This document shows, one piece after another, positions 1 to 12,924 of a DNA stretch of 64,000 nucleotides. Position numbers and translations under genes: made by a program. Numbering within the stretch: the first letter of the stretch is position 1; every line of letters begins with the position of its first letter. Source of the stretch: Adineta vaga (taxonomy: Eukaryota; Animalia; Rotifera); the NCBI GenBank assembly GCA_021613535.1, contig CP075494.1, forward strand, positions 15,748,001 through 15,812,000, in the 5' to 3' direction. The notes below the pieces were generated by a model. That model saw nothing but the letters and a program-made list of their open reading frames with translations. It ran no database searches and was not told the origin of the DNA.

Positions 1-756
1 ACAAGATTGAAATCTACTGTAATATTAATATGTCAGACAATTTAATTAAAAACACATATCATAATTCTATATCTATTATCATGGGTTAATAATACAGTAT
101 ATCAATTGCTCTGACATGTTCTAGAGTTCAATCTCATTGATTTGCAATAAGAGCTTTTCAATATTTGAATAATTTATTCATTGATCAAGTATGAAACAAC
201 AATGATGAGTGAATAATTAATAAAGATGAACAAGTATTGTTCAAATGAGACTTGTCAATCAAATTTGATCGCTATGAAATGTAAGATCCTTCTACATCCT
301 AAAAAAATTATCGAAAATAAGTGTGGAAACCTCGAATTTTAATTAGAATTTATGGTCTATACCTCATATGGTGAAATTAATTGATATCAGATCGCTTTTT
401 CTAACTATCCAGAAATTGGATTTGACTATAAAATTGAAGAATTCTTAAGAATATGTCGTGTTTAATTCATGAGTATTGCTCGTTTCCCCTTTGACGAAGT
501 CAATGGAACCGAAGTTATGATAGTTACCTGAGCTTAAGATTCCGTATTAGATATTAATTAAGACATTTCAACAATGCTTCTTCAACCTATTTTTTGGTCA
601 TGAACAGCTCTCATAGTCTCTAGAGTATCCTGAAAGTTTTACTCAAAAACTACGTTTCTTCCTTGCGATATAAAAAAAGAAACAAGTACGAACCTATATC
701 AAAATTTCATGTGTGTGAATTAGATAGATGATATAAATGTATGCCCTTGTTTTCTG

Positions 757-828
757 TCCGCGGTAGTATAGTGGTGAGTATCCCCGCCTGTCACGCGGGA
801 AACCGGGGTTCGATTCCCCGCCGCGGAG
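757..828 (+). tRNA. tRNA-Asp(GTC)
   Basis: 72-nt cloverleaf: acceptor stem TCCGCGG/CCGCGGA, A-box TAGTATAGTGGT, anticodon loop CTGTCAC (GTC at 790-792), T-loop GGTTCGATTCC, then a T-run Pol III terminator. Confidence 0.97.
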
Positions 829-955
829 TATTTCTTTTTTTCTTTCTCATTCTTATCAATGGTTCGCGAAATAATCTAACAGTCTGACAACATTTTTTAA
901 TAAGTGTAACAAAGACACGAATGAAATTTAATCTAAAAGGAGAAGAGATTGTATG

Positions 956-1027
956 TCCGCGGTAGTATAGTGGTGAGTATCCCCGCCTGTCACGCGGGAA
1001 ACCGGGGTTCGATTCCCCGCCGCGGAG
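956..1027 (+). tRNA. tRNA-Asp(GTC), identical copy 2
   Basis: Same 72 nt as 757-828; shared 3' flank TATTTCTTTTTTT. Confidence 0.97.
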
Positions 1028-1628
1028 TATTTCTTTTTTTCTTTCTCGTTCTTTTAAATGTTCATAAAACGATCAATGCAATCTCATAGTCTCTTCGTTA
1101 GTTTCTATTTGAAGAGAAATGAATACAAAAAGAAGAATTAGCCAAATAGCATATGTATCAATTATAATAGCAAAATCAGTCCAGAATACATTTGAATTGA
1201 ACTAATGGACTAAAAGCTATTTTTTGTGCTTGAAAAATCCATATCTGACCAACGATTAACCATACAATGGAGAAAAATGAATAAAATCAATTGTCGTCCT
1301 ACCAGACTACTAACAATTAAACTTTTAGCATTATGTGAAACATTGCTTGATCTTGTCATATATTTAGCAGTAATAAAAATTATCAAAAGTAAAATTCCAA
1401 CATACATGAACAATTAAGAAAATATTAACGAATGGTTGAATAGGACACTGATTTCTATAGTTAATCGTAGATGTAACTCAATAATAAAAGAAGGAATTAA
1501 TATGATACTTTGAAAAAGAATCTTGGGTGAGACAAATTGACTAAATTCAATCTTCATTGAAAAAGAAACAAAAATATTTTCATTTAATTTCGAATGATAA
1601 TAAATCATTCAGTTAAAAAAAAGAAATA

Positions 1629-1700
1629 CTCCGCGGCGGGGAATCGAACCCCGGTTTCCCGCGTGACAGGCGGGGATACTCACCACTATACTACCGCGGA
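1629..1700 (-). tRNA. tRNA-Asp(GTC), identical copy 3 (inverted)
   Basis: Exact reverse complement of 757-828, with an A-run (T-run on minus) at ~1615-1622. Confidence 0.97.
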
Positions 1701-1971
1701 CATACTCTTTTCAATTAAAAATAATTCCACTAAATTGACCCAATGAATTTTCATCAAATTATTTGTTTTAGAAAAATCTGTATTTACATTGAAAGCTGAT
1801 GTGAAGAATTGAAGTTCGATCGTTAACAGAATCTAGACATTCTCGACCTCTATCGAGTAAAATTTGTTGGTTTGTATTGTTATCCACTAGAAAAAAGAAC
1901 AAAACGATTGATTGAAAAGCACTTGAAGTTTTCTCATGTAAATAAACTAATCGTTAAATTTTTTCTACAAC

Positions 1972-3066
1972 ATGGCAACAGCAAGATCTAAAGACGATCC
2001 ATCTGTTTTGAAAGCTCGAGTTGTTGAGGTAAAGAAAAATGATTCTATTCTTCGATTTATTGTTCTATCTAGCTTGAACGACAAGTTATTGATTATAAAG
2101 TAAAACTTGATGAATTACGTCGTGCGAAAGCTACAACAGTCGTTAAATTAGAAAAGGAATATGTTAATACAAGTATACCTGGGTTTGTTTAATGTTTCCG
2201 ATTTGTTTTTCTTTTCAAAAAATTGAACATTTTTCTTTGCAGAATAAATCGTCCGGAAAGAACAAAACCATGTGAAAAATGTGAAGAATATGAAAAACTT
2301 TTAGAAAATGAAAGAAAATCGAATACACAATTAAAAAAATTACTCGAACAAAAAGATAAACAATCAACAAACAATTCTGGTCCGTGTACAAAATGTAATG
2401 ATTTAAAAAAATTATTAGATATTGAAAAACATAATAATGAACAATTAATTGAACAATTAAAATTAGAAAAAAGACAAACAGAAGAAGAACGAACTGCTAA
2501 AGAGGTCTTTTTTTATTTTCGTTCTATAGAAACGTATTTTCATTCTTTCTTTTTTAGGTACTCGATCAAGCATTAGATATAACACAAAATGATTTAGCTG
2601 AAGCTAAAAATTATTGCGAAGCATTACGAGTTGAAAATGAAGATTATAAAGTAAATTCTTTTTGTTTTATAAGAAACAAAAAAACGAGAAGATTATTCAA
2701 TTTATAGAAAATGTATGAACGAATGAGAAAAGAACATTCAGAAAAAATGGCTGATTTAGCTCAACGAGAAGAAGAAGCAAAGAAACAGGTAAAAGATTTT
2801 AAAATTATATCATTTTGATTTTCATATCCATGGGTAAAGGTTGCAACTTGGGAACAAATGTATCGAGAATGGATGGCAACAATGGAACGTCGAGTTAATA
2901 ATTTACAAGTCACGAATGAAGAACTTCAAGTAGAACAAAAAAAACTTTCAAATCTTTTTCTTTTCAATCAATGAATATTTAGACATGGTTACATGATGAC
3001 AACGAAAGAAGTCCTTATCGTCCAGTCGGTGGTGGCGGTAATAATACTGAAAATCAACGACGATAA
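1972..3066 (+). CDS. Multi-exon coiled-coil protein with two CxxC motifs, function unknown
   Basis: Splicing at GT-AG joins MATARSKDDPSVLKARVVE/LERQVIDYKVKLDELRR.../PCEKCEEY...PCTKCNDL.../VATWEQMYREWMATMERRVNNLQ/TWLHDD...NQRR*; heptad-rich. Confidence 0.75.
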
Positions 3067-3256
3067 ATCAATAAATATTCTTCCTTAATCGTGCTGATAA
3101 ACATTCCTTTTATTTTTTTAACAATCAGTGTGTTGTTTGTGTTTTGTAACAAAATCTCATGATAATCATTTTCACCGTCCATTTATTTTGCCTTATTTTT
3201 ATCACTTTTAATATTTTCAGATGTAACAGTATCATTCATATCAAATCTCTTCCATT

Positions 3257-5338
3257 ATGAGTAAATCAATCAATCAATCTTTCGTTTCCATTGATTTTAT
3301 TTCTTGTTTTTCTCTTCTGTTAAGTTTCATATCCATTACGAGAATATATATCGTCAAAAAAAGATGATGATTATCATCGATCTTATTCAACAATTCGAAG
3401 AAAAACTTCTCCAGAAGTAATTTATTTCTTATGAAATCTCTATTTTATTTATTTATTTAAGGAATCATCTTCATATCGATTTATTTATATAATTATTTTC
3501 ATTATTCTCTTGGTAATTCTTTCAATATTTTATTCATTTTATACTTACATCGATCCAACTTGTTTCAACCAAGAATGTACAGATTTTGTGGTAAATTTTG
3601 CTCTTTAAATAAATCGAATTCTATCGTTTCTCTTTTGTTTTCAAGTGTCAAGCGTATTCAGAAGGTTTAATTGGTGGTCATTTATGTCCAGATTTATGTA
3701 CAACGAAAAAGATTCAATTACAGAATTGTTTAGGTGAACATAAACATTTTCGATCGAGAGTAAGAGGGGAAACATTTGATTGAATTTTAGAAAGTAAGAT
3801 TGCTTTTTTTCTTCTCACAGTTGTTTGAAGATAATGATAATCATCAAGTTATTCGTTGTTATTTAAGACATCCATTGAGTAAATCGAAACCATCGGGTGA
3901 TGTTAAAGAATATTTTAAATTTCCTTCGGATGACTCAACATTAGATGTGCTCTATAATGCACTTCAAGAACATATTCAAGTTTGTTTGTTTTAGTTATTC
4001 ACTTGATAATCGAATGAAAAAAAAATGTTTTGTTTAGAAAACAATAACATTAGAAAATTCTGATGTTTTACTTGAAGAATTGATGAAATTTGCTGATTTT
4101 AATAAAGATGGAAAAGTAAATTAAAAAGAAAAGGAAAGATTTTTGATTCTCTAAATGAATATTTATTGATTAGATAAGTTTATCGGAAGCACGTAGTATT
4201 TGGTCCTTAGTACAAATTGATGAATTTATTTATACATTATTATTATCAGATAAATTTTATATACCAAAAATTCATGGAACATGTGGACATATTTTTGCTG
4301 TTGAACAAGTTCTGAATGGAAAATTACCATTTAATGATCAACAAGGTTCGAGAAAATAATCATTTCAAGATAAAATAATTTCATTATCATTTTTTTTCTA
4401 GAATTACTTTCTGGATCGGAACGACCAAATTGGTATCAAAGAGTACGATTAGCTGTTGGAATTGTTGAATATTTTAGTGATACATGGCATTATCAAGATT
4501 CAGATCAACATTTACATTTATGTCAACCATTAATTAATTCATTTGGTTTTGATAAAGATTTTGAATCAAAAGTAAGTTTTTCTTTCGAAAAACTTCAATC
4601 AGATTAATTATAGAACACGAGAATTATATTCTCTCCACTCAAAGGTCAAAAAAACATTTACTCGAGGCGTAAAACTAAGAAAGAAGTTGAGAATTAAGCG
4701 CAACGAGTGTTATAAAATCCTTTTTCATTTTGTAGAAACTATCACTATGCAGTACAAATAGGTAAATGATATCCAGATAGATTAATCTGAAATACTTATT
4801 ACACGATTGTTGTTAAATTAACTAAGCACTTTCTAATCAATGCAAATTTTCATCTTCTTACTAATCCTTAATATAAATTTTCCTTATTTAGATGTTAAAA
4901 TCGAATCATATAATTTCGTCGAAATCAATTCTCTCACGTCTTCCAAATCAATGTCATGCCAATAAAGATTGTTCATATGATTCATATTGTCATGGAACAT
5001 GTAATATGACAACAAATACTTGTCAAATGAAAGAATTTAATAAAGATTCTTTACATGAATTATGTTCATTATTATCATCATTGATTCTACCAGATGCAAA
5101 TGTCACATTTCAAATAAATTTTGATTTATTCATGCGACAATGTCAAGAAATAGTGACCGATGGAAGTATTTACAATAGTGATTTTATGGATTTAACTGCA
5201 TTACAAATTCGACAAACACTTCTTTTACAGAATTTAAAAAATCTTTTTTGGGCAAATATTGAATATCAAATGAGTAAAATTACAAAGAAATCAACCAAAA
5301 AACCAGCTGGAGCTCCTCCAATACATTCAATTAAATGA
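3257..5338 (+). CDS. DIPK1: FAM69/DIPK1-family divergent kinase-like type II membrane protein
   Basis: N-terminal TM (FIYIIIFIILLVILSIFY), CQAYSEGLIGGHLCPDLC, EF-hand DFNKDGK/ISLSEARSIWSL, PKIHGTCG, PNWYQRVRLAVGIVE, Cys-rich C-terminus CHANKDCSYDSYCHGTC. Confidence 0.85.
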
Positions 5339-5498
5339 AATGTTATTTCTAAATATAGAAATATATATATCTTCACGTTTTCTTTTTGTTTCTCTTGTTA
5401 TTCATTATTTATCTGTGTGTTTTATTCAAAGAAATATATTCAAATATCTATCTTTGTTCGAAGAAACAATTCATGTTCATAAAGAAAATTTCAGATCG

Positions 5499-6560
5499 AT
5501 GAATATTGATGAATTTCTACAATGGTTTAATTCTCTTGGAATTAATACAGAAAATGTAAAAGTTTCGTATTCAGATCATCATGGTTTTGGTCTCTATTCT
5601 CATCAATCATTGATTGAAAAAGATTCAATTATTCTTTCAATACCTGAACATGTTTTTATAAAACCATCCTATGAAATTGATGATTTAACAGGTTTTGAAC
5701 ATTTAATTATTCATTTATTAGAAGAAAAATCAAATCCATATATTGAATTTCTTCGATCTATTCAATGTATTCCATCATGGAGATATTATTTAAATGATCA
5801 ATATCCACGACAATTGAAAGTTCCTATGAGCAAACATCAAACGAAATATGATCAATCAAGAAAGAAATTTCCACAATATAATGATGAAGAATTTCTCTGG
5901 GCTTATTATGCAATTAATACACGATGTGTTCATTTTAATATGGAAAGAGAATCGAAAGATCAAGATGATAATCTTTGTCTTATTCCATATTTAGATTTTG
6001 TTAATCATTCAATTCAACCAAATACAATTTCAAAATTTAATCAAATAACACGTTCCTATGAAATTCGTGCTATGAAATCCATTGAATTTAATGAACAAAT
6101 TACATTTCTTTATAATCCTCATTCAAATATTGATTTATTTATTGAATATGGTTTTGTTCTTCCATCGAATCCTCATAATCAATTAAATATTGAATATGAA
6201 TTAGAAGAAATCCTTTCAAATGAACAAATTCAATTATTTAAATCATTTAATTATTGGAATTCATTAGAATTTTATTCAGGAGATAATAATGATCTTTCAT
6301 GGACGGTGATTAAAGCTATGGAACTAAGTATCAATCAAACGGACTGGTCACCATATGATGATCCATCATCAAACAATAAAGAAAAATTAAAAAATCAAAT
6401 CAAAGAATTTTTGATATTAGTTCAACAAAATATTGAAAATGACTTTCGACAATGGATCACCGAACGTTTTCTCAATGAAAAGACGATTCTCTATAAAGAT
6501 TTTTTAAATATTCTCCATGATACATCTATTGTTATTAATAAATCGATTGTTATTACTTAA
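5499..6560 (+). CDS. SET-domain lysine methyltransferase, SETD4-like
   Basis: GFGLYS, WAYYAINTRCVHF, LIPYLDFVNHS, YNPHSNIDLFIEYGFV motifs; likely start MNIDEFLQWF at 5499. Confidence 0.85.
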   Translation: MNIDEFLQWFNSLGINTENVKVSYSDHHGFGLYSHQSLIEKDSIILSIPEHVFIKPSYEIDDLTGFEHLIIHLLEEKSNPYIEFLRSIQCIPSWRYYLNDQYPRQLKVPMSKHQTKYDQSRKKFPQYNDEEFLWAYYAINTRCVHFNMERESKDQDDNLCLIPYLDFVNHSIQPNTISKFNQITRSYEIRAMKSIEFNEQITFLYNPHSNIDLFIEYGFVLPSNPHNQLNIEYELEEILSNEQIQLFKSFNYWNSLEFYSGDNNDLSWTVIKAMELSINQTDWSPYDDPSSNNKEKLKNQIKEFLILVQQNIENDFRQWITERFLNEKTILYKDFLNILHDTSIVINKSIVIT

Positions 6561-6681
6561 AATTTCATTTAAGGATATATTAAAGGGTGTGGATATGAAT
6601 ATGGATTCAAATGAATAAGGTATACTCACCCGCACCCATCCCTCATCTCAATGTGTCAGCACATCGATCGTATCTCGTAAT

Positions 6682-7060
6682 GTGTTTCAATCTCAAATAC
6701 AATCGCTAATCGATCAATTCCGATTGTCGATAATGAATACATGTTCGTCCTCTTTTTCAATCATCCAAGAAACAACTCAAAGCAACAGTTTACTTTCAAA
6801 CTTATTTATAGGTTATGCATTGGATATATACAACAGTGTTCTATTCACAATTTTTAACGATTTTGGTAACGATTTCTGTACAACTTCAAGTACATCTGTT
6901 ATGTGTAATCTTTTATTTACGACTACGAGAATCAACTACTGAATTTTAAAGGTCAAATTTTTCTACAGATTTGTTATATAATCGAAGCAGTGAGTCAATC
7001 AACACTTGAATGTTTTTATGACCAAAACTGTATCAACACGTTACAGTCTTTTATGTGATA
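6682..7060 (+). pseudogene. Fragment of a bdelloid-expanded Cys-containing membrane protein family
   Basis: Disrupted frames; one reads CYIIEAVSQSTLECFYDQNCINTLQ, a motif I recall from an abundant bdelloid hypothetical-protein family. Confidence 0.45.
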
Positions 7061-7541
7061 TTCGACACCACATACGGTGATCGCACAATTGAATTCGTTC
7101 ATCATGTATTTATAGTTACGTGACGAGACACCATCTTATAAACGTAATTGCAATATTGAATGAATTAGTTGATAGTTTAGTTCGACTTTTAAAACTTATT
7201 GTAACACTAGTAGTTAAATTGCTTGCATATTATACTCGAAAATGGAAAATAAAAATAATAAATAATAGACTATTTGAATATTTATGTGTATTGTCTCATT
7301 TATCGATTTTCGACAATAGAAATTCGAAATCCATTCATCTAAAAACACGGTAAACAGAAAGCATACGATTGTTTTTCATCATTATTATTGTTTACAAATA
7401 TCAATAGACATAATACTAAAACAAAAATATACTTTTACCTTCTATGTTCTACGTTTCGCTTCATGCACACACCAAATATTTTCTTTGCTGACATATTCTA
7501 CCTAATTCAAGAAACAAAAGCATTTTCTGTCTTTAGTCAAA

Positions 7542-8493
7542 ATGGAAGTACGCTTAGGAGTTCAATTTCCAGATTTTAAAATAAAAACCACTGTCGGTGA
7601 CTATCAATTACATCAATGGCTTGGAGATCAGTTAGTATAGCGTTGTTTCTTTTTCAATATATCAATATTTCACGGTAATATCTAATTCTAGATGGGGTAT
7701 TTTGTTTTCTCATCCTGCTGATTACACACCCGTATGTACAACTGAATTAGCACGCGCAGCGCAATTAGCACCTGAATTTGCTAAACGACATACAAAAATG
7801 ATTGGTTTATCATGTGATTCAATTGATCAACATTATGGATGGATTAAAGTAATTTGCTTGTAGTTTTTTTCTCGTTTCTAAAAATAGAAAAGATTCAGTT
7901 TCTTTAGGATATTCATGCATATAGTGGTATTGAAACAGAATGTCCTACTCAATTTCCTTTTCCAATTATTGATGACAGTGATCGACGTTTAGCTACACAA
8001 TTGGGTATGATTGATCCAGTTGAACAAGATTCTGAAGGTTTACCACTCACTGCTCGTGCTGTATGTTATTTAATAAATATTCTTTCAATTATATGTTTCT
8101 TTTATAACATAAGGTTTTTTATATTGGTCCTGATAAACGACTGAAAGCTTATCTCCTCTATCCATCGACTATGGACGAAATTTCGAGTACAATCCACCCA
8201 AAGAAATGTTCTGAACTTATTTCTTCCGTTTTTTAGTGAAATTCTTCGTCTACTTGATTCTCTTCAATTATCTGCAAAATATCCAATTGCGACACCAGTT
8301 GACTGGAAGGTATTCTATGAAAATTCATTTCTTTCGATTATTCCATTCTATTCTTTTATTTTAGAATGGTGACAAAGTCATGGTACCACCAAGCGTTAGT
8401 GATGAAGTTATCAAAGAGACACTTCCACAACCTGTTGAAGTTAACATAAATCTACCAAGTGGAAAGAAATACATTCGTATGACACAACTCTAA
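7542..8493 (+). CDS. PRDX6: 1-Cys peroxiredoxin (peroxiredoxin-6), with an apparent 1-nt frameshift at ~8171
   Basis: [19 protein letters not shown] active site, [56 protein letters not shown]. Confidence 0.92.
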
Positions 8494-11087
8494 AAGAGAC
8501 ATACATTTTTTCCGAAAAAAAATAAATATTCGTCGATTATAAGCACATTTAATGACTGTCGCAATCTGCTCCCGCCTTTTATATTTAATAAATATATATA
8601 AATTCCAAGGCGAGGCTAGATGAACAGTTTTTCTCTGTGCTTGTATGAACATCGTGTAGAATCAATGAGAAAAAAGCAATTAGACTGTTTGCACAACCCA
8701 GCGGAACTTTATTGAAATAGAATCTCGGCGCGAGGTGTGTGAACAGTGTAATCGCCATTTTCATATTCATTCGAATATAAGATTTGATAAAATATGAAAG
8801 CATATAAAATCTTATCGGAGGGTACTGATCGACAAACTTCGCTTCATTGATTATCATCGAGCGAGGCAAGACGAACAGTGTCTACCGTATAAGAAGAAAT
8901 GCATCGACTTACTGCTTGTTTGAACATTGCTGAATTGTGTAACTTATTCATTGAGATACATGTCAATTTATATAAGGAAGATGACAATTATTCGTTTATC
9001 ATTGGTTTATATGAAGGTCATTGTCGTCGATTGGTTGGGTGGAAGAAATGACCCTATACTCGGTCACTCTCTTCTTCTCTCTCTCTTTGTTATGCTGTTC
9101 TTTTGTCAAGGATATTCAATGAATAAGAAATTGTCTGACCGTTCATGACCGACGTGCTATGAAACAATAGGAGAAGGACACGAGAATATTCTTTTTCTCA
9201 CGTCAAACATGAAATAATTGCCATCATTTCTCTCGAAACTATTTTATAGAACTTATGAAATCCTCGATCAAAAAACTAAAGTTTCCTATGTCGATAGTTT
9301 TTCATAGTTCATGTTTGTATATACGTGAAGTTTGGCTGAAAAGTTAAACGTTGTTTTCAAATGAAAATATGAGATGGTTTAGTCAATATTGACATCTGAA
9401 ACCAATGTCATTGATCGTACATGTGAACGAAAAAGAACATCTTTTAAGTAAATATATTTATAGAAGATTTAAATCGTCTAAACATGGATATGAAGAAATT
9501 TATTTTCATCTTTGATGCATTGAAATAGATTACAGAGGAAAAAATAAGAAGATGTTTGCTATGTATTTTGAAATATATTAATTTTTAATTCATTCACAAT
9601 AAAATTCAAGTGTGTATTATCTAAATGCGAATGCGCAACTTATTGGCGTCAATATGTTATTATCAACAATAGCTCTTCACATGTCAAGTGTTTTTGAATT
9701 TCTTCGGAAGATAATCATTTATTATTCTATATTCTGTTAAATATTTGAACAATCTATAATGAAACATTCCGCGAAAAACATATGTTATTCATGTTTGTCT
9801 ATATTTTTCGTTGCACAGTAGGAGATCTTCATCTTTTATTTTCACACTTTTAATTTAACACATGTTGTTAGACGAAGAGAAGAATGATTATGATCATGTA
9901 TTCATACGACGAAAGACATGCGTTCAATGCGTGATGATGAATATCAAACAATCGATTCCGGAGGGAAATAAGATTATTATTCTCTCATGATTTGATTACA
10001 AATAAATTCTTTTCTTTTTTTTCTAACTTTGAACATGAAATTTTCGATCAAATGAACACATCTAAATAAGCTTGAAATGTTATTACAACTGGATTTGTTT
10101 TGTAGTAAAATCGGTTTGTTATATTGAACTATTGACTTGAATTTTGTCCGAGATCAGTACGATGTTCTTTTAAAATAAAAATTAACAATAGGAAAACATT
10201 GTCGATAACGAAAGAAATATTATCCATGAGAATATATGAAAAGCATATTTAATACTTCTATGATGTCGCGCTTTATACGGAACACGTTCAACTAACGGTC
10301 AAGACTTATCTAGATTAATATCTAAAAATGAAAAACAAGGCGTTTGATTCGACCTGATATCCTGTCATTCCGACTCTGATTCGATAAGAGTCAACTATTC
10401 TATGAATCTCGAAAATGCCAAAGATATTGTATTCGTTCTGTCGTCTTCAAAGAAAACTATGTTATCATATGATGTTCAATAAAATTATAACACGTGAATT
10501 CTTGTATACCGTATAGCAACTCCTTGGTGTTTGTTATGTCTTGATAAATCATGTTGGATTCAAATACAGCCGATTGAACAAAAGTCCATATCAACTCGAT
10601 CAAATGAAAAAGGTAACGAGAAAATATGGCATACAGTTTTACTAACATCAACATATTTCACAATTCTATTCGCATATTCTTCTCTTATGTATTATACGAC
10701 AGATGTCACTACTATACAATCAGTAAATTTAAACTATGTATTAACACGAGGGATTTAAATTCATAAGAATTTTCAATATTGAAAATAAAATATTTCAGTA
10801 AAAGAAATTAATTTCAAGAGAAATTCACAATAAATAATTACGAAGAAATGACTCATCTAGTGAATATATTTATTATTATTATTTTATTTCGTTGTTATGA
10901 TTGGTAAATCGATCATAATAATAATATTTTTTTCATAAAAGAAAAAGAAAATGTCACGTGAATACAATTGATCAAACTACTAACGAACCTTGATGTTATT
11001 TTCTACATTTTTCTTACACACATATACAAAAATAAAATCATATTCCTCGTCGTTTTTTCTTTCTAGAAGATATAGAAAAACAAAATC

Positions 11088-12054
11088 ATGGTTGAAGTGA
11101 AATTATGTATTATAAAATTAGATGGTACCAGTGAATATCGTCGAATTGGTATTCCATTACTCACCGCTTCCACAGATGTTTTATCAATATTACGTGAAAA
11201 ACTTGCACAATTCTTTCCGGAATCGATGTCTCCTACTAGTGGAATTCATTTGGAATTTCAATATGAAGGTAAACAAAACGAGAAGAATTCGACGTATCTT
11301 TGTGTTAAATTCCCATTAAATCGTTTCTAGATGATATTCGTGGTCTTGTATTAGCAACAAAATCTGATGGAATCAATGAAGCTGCACGTGATCAAGCATC
11401 ACGTCAACAACTTCTACGAGTTTTTGTTAAATTTATCAAAGATGATGTTCCTTCGGTGAAATTCCTTCCACCAAAACATGTTGGTGTTATTTGTGATGGT
11501 TTGTTTTTTGTTTCTATTTTTAAAAAATTTCTTTCTTAATTATCGATTTAAATAGCATGTAATCGTTCGCCAATCATTGGTGTTCGTTATAAATGTCTCG
11601 AATGTTTTGATTATGATCTATGTGAATCATGTGCTGATCGACAATTAATTCATACTCATCATGTCATGGCAAAAATACGAACACCACATCAAGTATGTTT
11701 TTCGAAAATAAAGAAAAGAATTTATCCAATAATAGTTTTTTTATGTTAAAATAGATCGATGTTGTTCGTAAAATTTGTTCATTAACTCGACCCGATACAA
11801 ATAATTTACCGGAATTAATTGTTAATCAACCAACTGATATTCCTAAAGAGAAATATTATAATTCAAATGCAACACAAACATCAATCATCGAAGATATTGC
11901 TGATGATATGGAAATAATTCCATCTAATGTTATTCAAGATGATTTTGTTCAATTAGATATGAGTGAATGTAACGAACAACAACCAACAAAGGTTATTTTC
12001 ATCGATTTAAATCCTATTTATTTCTTTTTTCTTTTCTAGGTTATCGAACAGTGA
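11088..12054 (+). CDS. PB1-like + ZZ zinc finger protein (SQSTM1/p62-like, no UBA)
   Basis: VEVK...YRR N-terminus and FQYE/DD (PB1-like); HVGVICD/ACNRSPIIGVRYKCLECFDYDLCESC ZZ finger; acidic tail with DDFVQL. Confidence 0.8.
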
Positions 12055-12924
12055 ATTCAGAATAAAATCAACAGTGCCAATGGACAGTTTTCCTCTATTT
12101 ATTTAGTCGCGATCTCTATATTTATCTTTTTGTAGTTTATTTTCCGAGTGACTTATTTGTTTTAATCAAGAGATGATATATCGTTAATCGTTTTTTCTTC
12201 TTCTTCTTCTTCTTCTTCTTCTATGTATATAACGTGTTTTCTTCTATTTACCGAAGTGCACATATATATCTGTAAATATTTTTCGATGTTCGATTGCACT
12301 GTTCGTGTCGAAATGTCATTCATACAAATAAATAAAGACTATATGACGAAATTCTATTCGTTACTGAATGAACTCAAAGGAAGAAACAACAAATTTCGAA
12401 AAGACAAAAAGAAGAGGTCATGTTTCTTGTCATGAACAACTTGAATATCTCCTATGAAAAAGGAAACTTATAGAAGTTAATTTGGATTATTCATCTCGGA
12501 AACAAAACAAATCCGGTCAAAGTGAATTCATTCTCTAAGTTTCCAACTCTATTTGTACTTATAATAAATATATAGAAGAGTAACGGTGAGGAATTAATTC
12601 TTCAGAAATTAAATATTACAAATAGACTTTTGTGTCTGAGAATGTCATAATCGACGATCAACATATGATGAAGAAATAACTAGTTTTTCTAATCAGATAA
12701 TGCTTGGAGGAGTCTACTTAGGACAATCTTTTACATTTCGTTGGAGAGAAAACAAAAAGTAAAATTGATTAGTCGTTTAGAATATAATATTTTTCTCATG
12801 ACAATTTAGACGCTGTGAAGTGTATGGAATATGTCAGGAATGTTATTTACAATAAATAATAGAACTGAGTAAGAAGAGGAAGTTCATATTTTCAAAAATC
12901 TGTTTCAGATTTTTTTTTTCTATA

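Noticed and set aside
1210-1608. Short ORFs between the tRNA genes and other 60-90 aa ORFs in intergenic regions
   Set aside because: Composition typical of random AT-rich ORFs; no motifs
4571-4891. Unusually long intron in DIPK1, possibly with an insertion
   Set aside because: Only weak terminal similarity; cannot support a mobile element call
5340-5498. N-terminal extension of the SET ORF
   Set aside because: Low-complexity AT-rich sequence ending in an AG acceptor-like site; likely UTR/intron before MNIDEF
8555-8885. Recurrent GCGAGG...GAACAGT motifs, possible MITE
   Set aside because: Too degenerate to define termini or a TSD
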